From positions 1-45,317 of IMG/VR virus record IMGVR_UViG_3300032332_001882: a stretch of DNA of 45,317 bases. One strand, 5' to 3'. The notes under the pieces are model-generated. The model ran no database searches, was not told where the DNA came from, and saw only the letters and a list, made by a program, of their open reading frames with translations. Source of the stretch: a virus. Its lineage: Duplodnaviria > Caudoviricetes. Shown here piece by piece: positions 35,628-45,317 of the stretch (position 1 is its first letter; each line of letters starts with the position of its first letter). The translations under genes were made by a program, and so were the position numbers.

Positions 35628-38600
35628 TTTTATTCAGGGTGATGACGATGAGGTCATCGTTTCGGAAAACTTAGAGGAAACTGTTCTTGTTACATCAAGT
35701 GACGAGGACTCAGTTCTGGTCGTCGTGGCGCAGCAGGGTCCAGAAGGTCCGCAGGGAACGACTGGTTGGACTGGTCCAACTGGCCCCATTGGGCCAACCG
35801 GACCGGCTGGTAACGCTGGATTGCCAGAGTTAACCGATGCCGGGGACATCCTTACCGTCTCTGAGGTTAATGCTGGATTGGTCGGCTATGCAGTTGATAA
35901 TTCTGGTCAGGAAATTATTGATATTTTAAGCATCAATACCAATCCCCCAAATCTTCCTCTTGAAAACTGGGCTGACCTTCCCGGTTTTTATGTTGACGGT
36001 CCTGCATGTGGCATGGCTGCTACTGATCCATTCCTTACTGGAGTTTTGTTCTTTAGCGAGTTACAGCCTGGACAGCTTGTTGTTGGTGCTGAGGTGACTA
36101 TCCAAAGCGGCGAATACACTGAACTATGGGCAGCCCTAGTTAATTATGATGGAGATAATCTTAGCGCTCCCTTAACTGGTAGTTCGGATTCTCCAATACC
36201 CAATTATTCTTGGTTGGAAAATAAGGCTATAGGTTATCGACCTACGGGCAACTCTGGAGAGACGGTTATTACTCTCTCTTTATCTGCTCCATTTGAGATA
36301 GTTAATGAATGGGATGTGGAAGTTGAAATTCTTGCCCACAACGCCATAGGTGGAGATACGGTAGTCATCACGCAGGTTCGTTGGCTATATATAGATAGCC
36401 TTGCTGCAACATGGGAAACTCCAACCCCTACGGTTGTAAAAGCGGCGGCAATTTTGCTTACCCCTTCGCTGAATCCACAAGTAGGTGATGAGATTTGGAC
36501 TCTTACCTATTCGCCTGGAGCAGAAGAAACTGATTGGACTGGTGGATGGGTTGCCGGTAACAATAGTTTCTCTAAGGTTACATCATACGAATACAGTGGA
36601 ATATGGGAAGCTGATCCCAATGATGTAGTTCTTCTTATGATCGATGAGGGATCAGGTGGTCAGCAAGACTATTGGCCTTCAACCTATGCTCGCTTTACGG
36701 GTACTGGATTTGACCCAATTACCCTACCCGGTGGTACGCTCGTTTCTCTATCATGTGGTGGTGCGGGATTTGGTATTCCATCTATTTTTGTTGGAGCTAA
36801 TACCTTGTCTCCAGTATTTGGTGGTACATGGCCCTTTGCTGATGCCGATTATTTTCAACCCCACGGTACAACTGCGTCAGAAGTTGTTACTCGTTATAAT
36901 TACACTGGTAATCTTGATAATACGAATAATCTACAACAAGCACTTGATGCAATTGATGCACTAAGTCTTTCCTCTGGAGCAACCGGCCCGCAGGGTGAAA
37001 CCGGACCAGTTGGTCAGACTGGACCTTCTGGTAACGACGGTTTAACAGGTCCAATTGGTGAAACGGGGCCAATCGGTGAGACTGGTCCCACTGGTCCCCA
37101 AGGTGAAACCGGGGCACAGGGCGAAACTGGCTCAACCGGACCCAAGGGTGAACTTGCTGGCCTATCTTGGACTTATCAAATAAATACATCCACTTCCGGT
37201 GATAGGGATCCCGGTAATGATCATGTGGGTTTCGTTACTTTACCATATTATAATGCAACCCAAATTGTTGTAGATGATAATCCTTATGCTATAAATACAA
37301 CTTTACACGAATTATTTTTAAACGTTCAAAGTGCCTACTTGACATTAACAAGCCAATCTAATTCATACATTTACGCAACTTGGAAAGTTACTTCATGTGT
37401 TGATGGTACTGTTGACAACGAAACAGTTGATGGAAGTTATGTAATATTTAATGTTGATGCAAGTAATATGGGATATGGTTCTTTTACCGATGGTGAACTA
37501 GTTACTTTATCTCTGTCTATTATTGGATCCCAAGGCGCAACTGGCGCAACTGGTCCAACTGGCGATGGTTTCTATTGGTCCGGTCCCTACAACCCAAGTA
37601 CCAGTTACGTTATCGGATCTGTTGTCAGTGGATCGGACGATAACCTTCACATCGCTACTAGCAGCGGCATTCTTGGAGATCCTGCCGCTGGCGCTAATGG
37701 TTGGAACCTATATCTGCCTAAGGGTGATATGGGCGAGACTGGGCCAACTGGGCCAATCGGTGAAACAGGACCAATGGGTGAAACTGGTCCTAGCGGAAAT
37801 GATGGTGCTACTGGTCCGACTGGATCTGGTTTTTATTGGTTAAATATATATGTTTCAGGTAATGGTTATGTTCCCGGCGCTGTAGTCAAAGGGTCAGATG
37901 ATAACCTTTATATTGCTACTGGTAGCGGTGAATTGGGCGACCCGGCTGCTGGCGCTGGAGGCTGGGATCTATATCTGCCAAAAGGTCAGCAGGGGTACAC
38001 CGGAGCGCAGGGTGACCCCGGTGGCGATGGCCCGCCCGGTGACCCCGGTCTAGACGGAGCAACTGGTCCTCAGGGTTCCACTGGACCCGCAGGCGCAGAT
38101 GCTCTTTGGAATTTTCTTGGAGCTTATAATGTTGGGGCTTCTTACGCTGTTGGTGATGTTGTCACCTATGGTGGATCAACTTGGTATCGAATTAATGCTA
38201 ACGGTGGGAATACTGGCGATACTCCCTCTGAAGGAATTTTTTGGACTGAGATTGCTGCAAAAGGTGATCAGGGTAGCAGTGGTCCTTCTGGAGACTTTGG
38301 CGCTACTGGCGCTACTGGCGCTACTGGCCCACAGGGCGCCACTGGTCCTAGTGGTCCTAGTGGTGCTGCGGGGGAAACTGGTCCTATCGGAATAACGGGA
38401 CTCTCTGGAGAGACTGGCGCAACCGGACCAGCTGGCTTTACCGGGGCAACAGGGCCGCAAGGTTCTACGGGAGTAACTGGTGCTACCGGGCCGCAAGGTG
38501 CTACTGGTGCAGCGAATAGTCAGAATGTTCATGATTCTGTTTATGTTACAACAACAACAGTTCTTCCTAACTCACCAACTTATACTGCTGGGACTATAGA

Positions 38601-40224
38601 TGCTAATGGTGGCTATGGTATTGGTGCTACTTTAACTTCCGCAACTAACTCTACTCTTACTGTTGATAGCACCGTTGTTCCAGTTAATTCTAGAGTTCTT
38701 GTAAAAGATCAGGCTGATCCTAAACGTAATGGTATTTATAAACTTACTACTGCTGGTGGTGCTGTTCCTTGGGTTCTTACTAGAGCAACTGATTATGATA
38801 ATCATGTTTCTGCTGATGTAAATAATGGCGATTATGTTCTTGCTATTAATGGTACTACTAATACTGGTACTACTTGGATGATGTCAGCTATTGGTTCTGG
38901 TACTGGTGGAAATATTGTTATTGGAACGGACAACATTACTTTTACAAGAGTAAGCGGTGTTGGACCACAGGGTGCTACTGGTGCTACTGGTGCTGGTGGA
39001 ACTATCGGCTACTACGGATCGTTCTACTCAACGGTCGATCAGGCGCTTGTTTCTACGACCGCTGGGCAGGCCGTCCGGTTCGACACCACGAACATCGCTA
39101 ATGGTGTTAGTATTGTATCGAATGGTACGGCGCTAACAAGGATTACATTTGATTATACTGGAACTTACCATCTTGGTTTTGCAGCTCAGTTGGTTGATGC
39201 TTCTAATGGCAATGTGGTTCACACGGTTTCATTCTGGTTAGTAAAGAATGGTGCTACGGCACTTGCAACGACGTTCGATACGACTGTTACAAGTGGTACA
39301 CCACAGTTAGCTAACTGGGAGTATCAGTTTACTGCCACTGCTGGCGATTATTACGAGATTTTCTGGAATGCTTCAGATATAGATGTACGTCTTGACTATA
39401 TTGGCACCCAGTCAAATCCTACTCGTCCTTCTGTTCCATCTGCGTTTATTGTTGTTAACCAAATTACTTACACACAGATTGGTCCTTCTGGGGCTACTGG
39501 TCCGCAGGGCGCTACGGGTGTTCAGGGAGCGACTGGTTCTGCTGGAACTAATGGAACGCAAGGATTTACAGGAGCAACTGGTCCTGCTGGCGCCACTGGA
39601 TCTATTGGGGCAACTGGTTCTCAAGGTGCTACCGGATCTCAGACCGTAACACCAGCAGTATACGCTCCATATACAACAAATGATTGGGTTCTATTAACAT
39701 CAAATCTAGGTACTGGAACTGGTACTGTAACAATTGGCGGAACCGCAGCTGCTTCAAATAACTCTGCTCGTTGTTATCCAATATTTATTGGACAAAATGC
39801 AAGTTTAATTGGTCTTGGAGTTGACGTTCAAGCGGTAAACACGGGCGCTTCTGCTGTTGTCAGACTTGGGATCTTCTCTGATTCTGCTGGTAGACCAGGA
39901 ACTCTAGTCAAAGATGCTGGAACTGGAACTTTAACATCTGGAGTGTCTTCAAGAGAGTTAACATTTACCTCTGTAGCATTAACTCCCGGCTGGTACTGGG
40001 TTGCTATTTCTACACAGTCTCTTGATACTGGTCAACCAAACCCCGGTTTTCGTGGAACGGCAGCATTGGCTGGTTCTCCAGTTGCTAGATCTGCGGTTCC
40101 CAGCAACTCTACTGCTCATGGTGCAGTTTATTCATTTACTGCTTCTGGAGCATTTGCATCAACTCCTACCGTGGCAGAAGTTAGCTCAGTTAATATTGTT
40201 CACATATGGGGGAAGTTCGCATGA
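35620..40224 (+). CDS. Collagen-like fibre protein with CBM5/12-like repeats and a C1q/BclA-like domain
   Basis: Multiple Gly-X-Y (GPT/GAT/GET) blocks between globular domains; [19 protein letters not shown] fibre domain; [29 protein letters not shown]. Confidence 0.9.
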   Translation: MPSFIQGDDDEVIVSENLEETVLVTSSDEDSVLVVVAQQGPEGPQGTTGWTGPTGPIGPTGPAGNAGLPELTDAGDILTVSEVNAGLVGYAVDNSGQEIIDILSINTNPPNLPLENWADLPGFYVDGPACGMAATDPFLTGVLFFSELQPGQLVVGAEVTIQSGEYTELWAALVNYDGDNLSAPLTGSSDSPIPNYSWLENKAIGYRPTGNSGETVITLSLSAPFEIVNEWDVEVEILAHNAIGGDTVVITQVRWLYIDSLAATWETPTPTVVKAAAILLTPSLNPQVGDEIWTLTYSPGAEETDWTGGWVAGNNSFSKVTSYEYSGIWEADPNDVVLLMIDEGSGGQQDYWPSTYARFTGTGFDPITLPGGTLVSLSCGGAGFGIPSIFVGANTLSPVFGGTWPFADADYFQPHGTTASEVVTRYNYTGNLDNTNNLQQALDAIDALSLSSGATGPQGETGPVGQTGPSGNDGLTGPIGETGPIGETGPTGPQGETGAQGETGSTGPKGELAGLSWTYQINTSTSGDRDPGNDHVGFVTLPYYNATQIVVDDNPYAINTTLHELFLNVQSAYLTLTSQSNSYIYATWKVTSCVDGTVDNETVDGSYVIFNVDASNMGYGSFTDGELVTLSLSIIGSQGATGATGPTGDGFYWSGPYNPSTSYVIGSVVSGSDDNLHIATSSGILGDPAAGANGWNLYLPKGDMGETGPTGPIGETGPMGETGPSGNDGATGPTGSGFYWLNIYVSGNGYVPGAVVKGSDDNLYIATGSGELGDPAAGAGGWDLYLPKGQQGYTGAQGDPGGDGPPGDPGLDGATGPQGSTGPAGADALWNFLGAYNVGASYAVGDVVTYGGSTWYRINANGGNTGDTPSEGIFWTEIAAKGDQGSSGPSGDFGATGATGATGPQGATGPSGPSGAAGETGPIGITGLSGETGATGPAGFTGATGPQGSTGVTGATGPQGATGAANSQNVHDSVYVTTTTVLPNSPTYTAGTIDANGGYGIGATLTSATNSTLTVDSTVVPVNSRVLVKDQADPKRNGIYKLTTAGGAVPWVLTRATDYDNHVSADVNNGDYVLAINGTTNTGTTWMMSAIGSGTGGNIVIGTDNITFTRVSGVGPQGATGATGAGGTIGYYGSFYSTVDQALVSTTAGQAVRFDTTNIANGVSIVSNGTALTRITFDYTGTYHLGFAAQLVDASNGNVVHTVSFWLVKNGATALATTFDTTVTSGTPQLANWEYQFTATAGDYYEIFWNASDIDVRLDYIGTQSNPTRPSVPSAFIVVNQITYTQIGPSGATGPQGATGVQGATGSAGTNGTQGFTGATGPAGATGSIGATGSQGATGSQTVTPAVYAPYTTNDWVLLTSNLGTGTGTVTIGGTAAASNNSARCYPIFIGQNASLIGLGVDVQAVNTGASAVVRLGIFSDSAGRPGTLVKDAGTGTLTSGVSSRELTFTSVALTPGWYWVAISTQSLDTGQPNPGFRGTAALAGSPVARSAVPSNSTAHGAVYSFTASGAFASTPTVAEVSSVNIVHIWGKFA
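37561..37986 (+). repeat. Duplicated ~55-aa domain in the fibre (37561-37725 and 37822-37986)
   Basis: GFYW...VVxGSDDNLxIAT..[17 protein letters not shown] twice; a more diverged third copy at ~38092-38266. Confidence 0.85.
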
Positions 40225-40505
40225 GTGGATATATGAGATATTTTGAAGGCATTCTTCAAGAACAACTAGTTGATAATGGTGACGGAACTGGAACTAAGAC
40301 AGTATTTAATACTGATGGTTCAGTTGCTGATGTTCAGCAGATCTCTGGTCTTCCAGTTCAACAATTTCCACCTTTGGATGCTACTGGCGCTTTGGCAACT
40401 CTATTGGTTGTTCTTAATATTATTCCTATAGAGGATGCTGCTAATGTTATTCGTGGGGAACCTGCTCACCTTATTGCTGAGGCTGAAGCTTGGTCTTTGG
40501 GTTAA
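40221..40505 (+). CDS. Hypothetical protein (possible fibre chaperone)
   Basis: ATGA overlap with the fibre stop. Confidence 0.65.
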   Translation: MSGYMRYFEGILQEQLVDNGDGTGTKTVFNTDGSVADVQQISGLPVQQFPPLDATGALATLLVVLNIIPIEDAANVIRGEPAHLIAEAEAWSLG

Positions 40506-40521
40506 TTAAAGGAATTTAAGG

Positions 40522-40779
40522 ATGAATGAATCAAATTTGTTAGCTAAACGTCGGGATAGGGTTATTGCTTCTTTCCTTTCTTTTAAGGAAAGGGAGTGCG
40601 ATGAATATCTCCCTCCTGAGGTTTCATCAAAGCTGAGAAAAAAGTTTTTAGATGATATTAATGATCTATGTGATATTGCATTTGATTTAATTGGTGCTGA
40701 TAATGTCGTTTGGAATGAAGAGTTTATGAATAGACTCGATGACATTTATCAAATTATTTCAGATTCGGAGAGATCTTAA
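40522..40779 (+). CDS. Hypothetical protein
   Basis: AAGGA RBS, 85-aa helical protein. Confidence 0.7.
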   Translation: MNESNLLAKRRDRVIASFLSFKERECDEYLPPEVSSKLRKKFLDDINDLCDIAFDLIGADNVVWNEEFMNRLDDIYQIISDSERS

Positions 40780-41679
40780 ATGGCAACAAGTGGGCCAAAT
40801 ATACCAGTAACTGGAACTGCGTTACCCAATGGTGGATATGGTGTTGTCTTAGATACTGGACAAATTATTGCCCAACTTTGCAAGGAGTCTAATACGAGAT
40901 TGGCAAAGTGGGCCAATGAGTCGTTTGCTCAGTCTAGAAAAAGTTCTAGATTTAGAGAGCAAATTAAACAGGTCAATATTGATCTTGCTGAAGATACTCG
41001 TAAAGTTATTTATAACTCATATAAAAGAGGAAAGAAAAAAAGACAGGTATATAGACAGCAAGATAGGGGAAAAAATTATAGATATGCCAACAAGAAGATG
41101 GATAGAGCCATTAATGATAAAAACTTCATTAAGGGCGATGCTTCCGGAATTACGATTAATTTTACCGTTCTAAACAGTTACGCAAAGCAATGGTCAAGAC
41201 TCAACTTCGGCGCTCAGCCAGCCGGATCAAAGAGTGTTTCTGACCAAAATATTAAAATATTTAGAAGAAATCTCAGATCGTCTCCAACTCTATCAAAATT
41301 TGGAGCTAGGCCCGGATTCCTAACTCCATCAAGTCAGATGAGTAAAAGGAGTGGAAAAGGGTTTAGGTCGGTAGGCGTTTCATCATCCAGAGCCTACCCA
41401 GGAACACCGGACCCAAGGTCAATTGTCCAAACTCCAAGAGGCAGGTATCTATATGTATATAGATTCAAAACGTCTGGTCTTGGAGCTAGAGGATTTTATC
41501 CAAAACAGTCTAAGGGTATTGTTGGCTGGAGATTCCTTGATCAAGGCATTGCTTATATGAATAAAGAATATGGTCCAAGGATGACCAAGGCTTTGGATTC
41601 ATGGACAAAAGAAGTTGCGAAAAATGCTAAGAAAGCGGCTTCTAAACAGTCTGGAAGAACAAGAGTTAGAATTAAATAA
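40780..41679 (+). CDS. Basic protein, possible tail completion (HK97 gp10-like)
   Basis: Very Lys/Arg-rich; just upstream of the major tail protein; GIVGWRFLDQG. Confidence 0.5.
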   Translation: MATSGPNIPVTGTALPNGGYGVVLDTGQIIAQLCKESNTRLAKWANESFAQSRKSSRFREQIKQVNIDLAEDTRKVIYNSYKRGKKKRQVYRQQDRGKNYRYANKKMDRAINDKNFIKGDASGITINFTVLNSYAKQWSRLNFGAQPAGSKSVSDQNIKIFRRNLRSSPTLSKFGARPGFLTPSSQMSKRSGKGFRSVGVSSSRAYPGTPDPRSIVQTPRGRYLYVYRFKTSGLGARGFYPKQSKGIVGWRFLDQGIAYMNKEYGPRMTKALDSWTKEVAKNAKKAASKQSGRTRVRIK

Positions 41680-41790
41680 TTTTAATTACATGCTTATTTT
41701 CCGTTACACATTTAGGTATTTGTGTATAATATTTTATATGGACCACAAGTTGGTAAGGATTAAAAAAACGAGAACTATGGAGGTTCACTA

Positions 41791-43110
41791 ATGGCTATTA
41801 AGGCTGGTGCAATTTTAACTGATGTAAACGGATTTGTGGTTGACCGCATCCAGTCGGGTGGTCCTGGTAACCTCAATATCCCCGAAGAGAAGATCTACGA
41901 GCTTGGTAACTGGAATACCGTTGCTACAATTCGCGACATTCCAGACCTTTCTTTCGACCTTGAGTCGTTTGACGTGTTCTCAGAGTTTGAGGCACTTCTT
42001 GTTGGCAAGAATGGCGCTGCCGTTCCCGGTGCTGCTGCCGTTGGCAATCAGCTCTCTGGCCAGATTGGTTCAAACGAGGTCGATTTTCAGTCCCATATCC
42101 CAATCGACGTAATTTCACCATTCAAATCACGTCGTAATGCATACAATATTGTCAAGGGCGTTGCAGTCCCATATCTTACACTTGAGAACGCAACTTATCG
42201 TTTCGGTATTGGTCAGAATGCCTCACAGTCATTCACTCTCAAGGGCGACTCAATCTATTACACCCCAGGTCAGCCTTACTACAATGAGGTAACCTATAGC
42301 GGTTCATCTGGTGCAGTCAGTGGCGCATTTGACGGTAGAACAGCTATTCTTTATGAAGAGGATGGCGACAGCATTTACGCTCTGTGCGTAGTTGCCGTTA
42401 CCGACAATGGCGATTACAAGCGTCTCTTTGTTGGCGATGATTTCACAAACACATCAACAACTCTGACAATTACTTCAACTGGTGCAGACAAGATTGCATC
42501 TCTTGATTACACAACTCTTGCAGCAACAACTCTGCGCATTGTTTATAGCTCAGACCCAACACCAAATAGCTATAACCAGAATGGAAATAACCCTTCTGGT
42601 AACAAGGTGCATCAGGGTGTTTCCGTTAAACCGGCAGCAGTTCGTCCAAAGGACATCGATGTCTACATTGGTTCTGCTGATGCAACTCCAGTATTCACAC
42701 GCTTCAGCTCAGTTCAGTCAGCCGAGGCAACATGGTCAGTAACTCTTGACCCAGATCAGGAGTTCGGTAACAAGCACTATGTTTCACAGGACTATGATAT
42801 TCCAAATGTAAATGGTTCAATTGGCGTTCGTCCATACAATCCAGCAGACATGTGGGACAAGCTTGCAACAATTACCGGCGTGAACACTGCAAATGTTGTT
42901 GGCCCAGACTCCGCAATCCCCGTTCCAATGGAGATCAGAATCAACCACCCTGACACTGGTGCTCGCGTTAAGACCATTTATGTTCCTGACGCACGTTTCC
43001 AGATCCCAGGCTACTCCGGTCAGGTTCAGCAGAAGGTTGAGACAACACTCTCATTCACCTCCGATGGTGGCTTCATGTACGTTTACAATGGTGAGCGTGT
43101 AGCATCTTGA
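41791..43110 (+). CDS. Major tail protein
   Basis: Upstream of the frameshifted chaperone and tape measure; EKIYELGN, DQEFGN; GGAGG RBS; followed by a terminator. Confidence 0.85.
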   Translation: MAIKAGAILTDVNGFVVDRIQSGGPGNLNIPEEKIYELGNWNTVATIRDIPDLSFDLESFDVFSEFEALLVGKNGAAVPGAAAVGNQLSGQIGSNEVDFQSHIPIDVISPFKSRRNAYNIVKGVAVPYLTLENATYRFGIGQNASQSFTLKGDSIYYTPGQPYYNEVTYSGSSGAVSGAFDGRTAILYEEDGDSIYALCVVAVTDNGDYKRLFVGDDFTNTSTTLTITSTGADKIASLDYTTLAATTLRIVYSSDPTPNSYNQNGNNPSGNKVHQGVSVKPAAVRPKDIDVYIGSADATPVFTRFSSVQSAEATWSVTLDPDQEFGNKHYVSQDYDIPNVNGSIGVRPYNPADMWDKLATITGVNTANVVGPDSAIPVPMEIRINHPDTGARVKTIYVPDARFQIPGYSGQVQQKVETTLSFTSDGGFMYVYNGERVAS

Positions 43111-43141
43111 TAGTAATTTCATAAATTTAATTACTCGGATT

Positions 43142-43172
43142 AGGGGATCGGCTTAAATGTCGGTCCCCTTTT
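43142..43172 (+). terminator. Intrinsic terminator after the major tail gene
   Basis: AGGGGATCGGC-loop-GTCGGTCCCCT followed by TTT. Confidence 0.8.
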
Positions 43173-43242
43173 CCGTTATTGTGATAGGTGCGTTTTAGGG
43201 TGATCTATAATGATCACAATCTCGGTTAAAGGAGTTAATACC

Positions 43243-44028
43243 ATGTCAAATTCTTCTATCATTACCAGAAAGCGTCGTCGCCTTACAGATCTTTATATGG
43301 TCGGCAAGGAACTGTCATTGGATGACCATTCTGATGATTCAGACGAGCCAATCGTTATCTGGCTAAACAAGCTTTCACCAATTGAGCAGCGTGATTCCGC
43401 TGATAATGCGACAAAGGCTAGAGCAAATATCTTAGCCATCAAGAACACGCCATCTGGCTCAGTTGAGCGTCTTGCCTATGAAGATCAGATTTACGACATT
43501 GGTATTGATAACAGATCCTTGCAGATTGAGTTCTTGGCCTCTGAAAAGATCCAGCAGGCAGAAATCTCAAACGAAGAGCGTCTTGCCGCTGAGGACGAGT
43601 GGGCAAAGGATCAGTACCTTGTCTCACTTCGTGAAGCTTGGAATGATGGCATGATGGAGAAGTGGACAGAGGATCCCAAGGATGAGGAAGCTAAGAAGAT
43701 TTATGAAGAGCTAAAGCGATTCAGCGAACAGGTCACCAATGCATCCGAGGATGAGCGTGAGAGTATACTTGCAGAGTATGAGCATCTTGCAGATGAAGAG
43801 ATTTTCAAGAACGTTGTAGATAAGATTATTGAGTCAGAGGCTGATTTTGCTTGGATGAATGAGTTTGCTGGGTGGCAGGTCTACTACGCAGTTCGTGAGA
43901 TTGATGACCATAAGGCAAGATACTTTGAGTCTCGTGATGAGGTTAGCTGTCTAGATAACCGTATTCTTACTGAAATAGTTCGTGAGTATCGCGAAATGAC
44001 AGTTGAGGGCGTTGAGGGAAAAGACTAG
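43243..44028 (+). CDS. Tail assembly chaperone (G-like)
   Basis: AGGAG RBS; ends GAG GGA AAA GAC TAG with a slippery heptamer. Confidence 0.85.
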   Translation: MSNSSIITRKRRRLTDLYMVGKELSLDDHSDDSDEPIVIWLNKLSPIEQRDSADNATKARANILAIKNTPSGSVERLAYEDQIYDIGIDNRSLQIEFLASEKIQQAEISNEERLAAEDEWAKDQYLVSLREAWNDGMMEKWTEDPKDEEAKKIYEELKRFSEQVTNASEDERESILAEYEHLADEEIFKNVVDKIIESEADFAWMNEFAGWQVYYAVREIDDHKARYFESRDEVSCLDNRILTEIVREYREMTVEGVEGKD

Positions 44029-44363
44029 CCTGCGATCCACAATTTTTAAGAATTGTTTCAATTGCTAAATCTACTGGTGGCTTATCTTCAATATTTCCTG
44101 ACGGAACCACTATAGAAAGTGTCCCACATGATTTCCATGCGGCACTTGACCACGCGTTAAGAGTACTGTCTTGGCAGGAAAATCTTCCTAGCGAAGAAAT
44201 GCCACCAAGATGGATGTGGATATTGGATTGGGAGATTGATAGGCACTTTGATATTGTGGAATCAAAGAGAAAAGTTAAATATAACTTGTCATCTGAAGAT
44301 GAGTACAATGATGATGATGAGGCTTGGGAGGACAATATTTACGCTGCTAGATTTAAGGATTAG
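44016..44363 (+). CDS. -1 frameshift extension of the tail assembly chaperone (GT-like)
   Basis: G GGA AAA at 44016-44022. The -1 frame is open to TAG 44361-44363: RLACDPQFLRIVSIAK...EEMPPRWMWILDWEIDRHF...ARFKD. Confidence 0.85.
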   Translation, partial: GKRLACDPQFLRIVSIAKSTGGLSSIFPDGTTIESVPHDFHAALDHALRVLSWQENLPSEEMPPRWMWILDWEIDRHFDIVESKRKVKYNLSSEDEYNDDDEAWEDNIYAARFKD

Positions 44364-44400
44364 TCTGTCGTTATTAAGTTAAGAGCTTTGAGAGGGAAAT

Positions 44401-45317
44401 ATGGCAAGCGATGTTTTTTCGATTAAAGTAAAACTTGATGTCGATGATAGCGATCTCAATAGAGCCGCTCGTGAAAATGAGCGTAGAATTCGACAGGCAA
44501 ATGCGGCAGCAGCAAGCTCTAGAACCCCAATACCTCAGGCTCCAAATCAGAGACAGGTCGCAGCAGCCCTTCCACAGAGTGGTCAAATTTCAACTGTAGT
44601 TTCTCAGTATGGCCGTGCAGCCGCAACTGAGATGCAGGTTATTGCACAGCAGATGCGTAGACTTGGAAATCAAGTTCCCGATCTACAAAAAGCACAGCAA
44701 CAGTATCTAAAACAGTTCACGAACTCTGTAGCCAATTTCCAAGTTCTGCCAAAAAATGTTCAGACAGATATCACTAGAAGATTTACAGCTTCTTTTGATA
44801 GAACGGTTAAAGAATTTGAGACAGCCCTAGCAAGTGTGGGGAAGTCCAGAGCCAACGCTGTCGTCAGAAACTTGGCAAACACTAATTACAGCGCTTTGGG
44901 TGTTCAGCAGCGCGCCGTTATCACCACTCCAGCGCAGATGACAGCCGGGGGTGGCGTCGATAAAGAGGTCGCAGCAGCTAATAGTAAACTTGTTGCAGCA
45001 ATCAACGCAAGCACAAGTCAGATCAAGGCAGCAACTGGACAAAATGTAACCCTAGACAAAGCTTTGGCTGAAGCTAAGCGTGCAAATATTGATGCCTATA
45101 ATCGATCAACTGCCGCAATAAGAGCTGGCATCCCAAAAGCTAGTGGGCCTCAAGGTCAGGCCGCTCCAAACGTAGCTTCAATATCAAATATAACAAAAAA
45201 AAGAAGTGGAATAAGAAGAAATAATAATGCCTCGAAGAAGAAAAGATCCTTAAAATATTTTGTAAAAAAAAGTATTTTTAATGGACTCAGGAAGCCATTC
45301 ATAAAAAGAATAGAGAA
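44401..45317 (+). CDS. Tape measure protein, N-terminal part (runs off the window)
   Basis: GAGGG RBS, ATG 44401 MASDVFSIKVKLDVDD, Ala/Gln-rich helical; follows the chaperone; no stop seen to the window end. Confidence 0.8.
   Translation, partial: MASDVFSIKVKLDVDDSDLNRAARENERRIRQANAAAASSRTPIPQAPNQRQVAAALPQSGQISTVVSQYGRAAATEMQVIAQQMRRLGNQVPDLQKAQQQYLKQFTNSVANFQVLPKNVQTDITRRFTASFDRTVKEFETALASVGKSRANAVVRNLANTNYSALGVQQRAVITTPAQMTAGGGVDKEVAAANSKLVAAINASTSQIKAATGQNVTLDKALAEAKRANIDAYNRSTAAIRAGIPKASGPQGQAAPNVASISNITKKRSGIRRNNNASKKKRSLKYFVKKSIFNGLRKPFIKRIE

Noticed and set aside
35730-39640. Short tandem DNA repeats (e.g. ggcgctact) as a CRISPR array or DGR
   Set aside because: They encode in-frame Gly-X-Y collagen. 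There are no constant repeats with unique spacers, no cas gene and no reverse transcriptase, and the duplicated fibre domains differ at all base types rather than only at adenines.
45170-45215. Minus-strand peptide FFVIFDIEA resembling NuoA/ND3
   Set aside because: The match is only ~9 residues in T-rich sequence and the flanks do not resemble NuoA; probably chance.

Overview
This is a ~45 kb segment of a tailed dsDNA phage with siphovirus-type morphogenesis genes. The host is probably actinobacterial, inferred from the WhiG/FliA-type sigma factor, PIN-PhoH, r1t-like holin and monomeric NrdJ. Left part (0.2-4.2 kb): a nucleic-acid modification island with a ParB-fused transglycosylase-like (DUF6610/DpdA-like) protein, QueF, a YhhQ preQ0/preQ1 transporter, a C5 cytosine methyltransferase carrying an overprinted ORF, and a second short MTase-like gene. 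Next come the endolysin and holin, tRNA-Asn(GTT) and tRNA-Tyr(GTA) flanking a thermonuclease, PIN-PhoH, a 680-aa multi-mini-domain protein, ThyX, dCMP deaminase, a metallophosphoesterase, a structured ~330-nt intergenic element, the sigma factor, class II RNR and a resolvase. A 4-glycosyltransferase/2-methyltransferase cluster precedes the packaging, head and tail module: terminase, portal, protease, scaffold, decoration, capsid, a collagen fibre, major tail protein, a frameshifted tail assembly chaperone and the start of the tape measure protein. Most notable: (1) an apparently salvage-type 7-deazaguanine module beside two GUN-anticodon tRNAs; (2) an overprinted ORF with a clamp-binding-like QLTLF motif inside the methyltransferase; (3) a candidate novel ncRNA; (4) a recurring sigma28-like promoter motif, often giving leaderless mRNAs; (5) a probable virion glycosylation system. 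All family assignments come from motif recognition by eye, not database searches.
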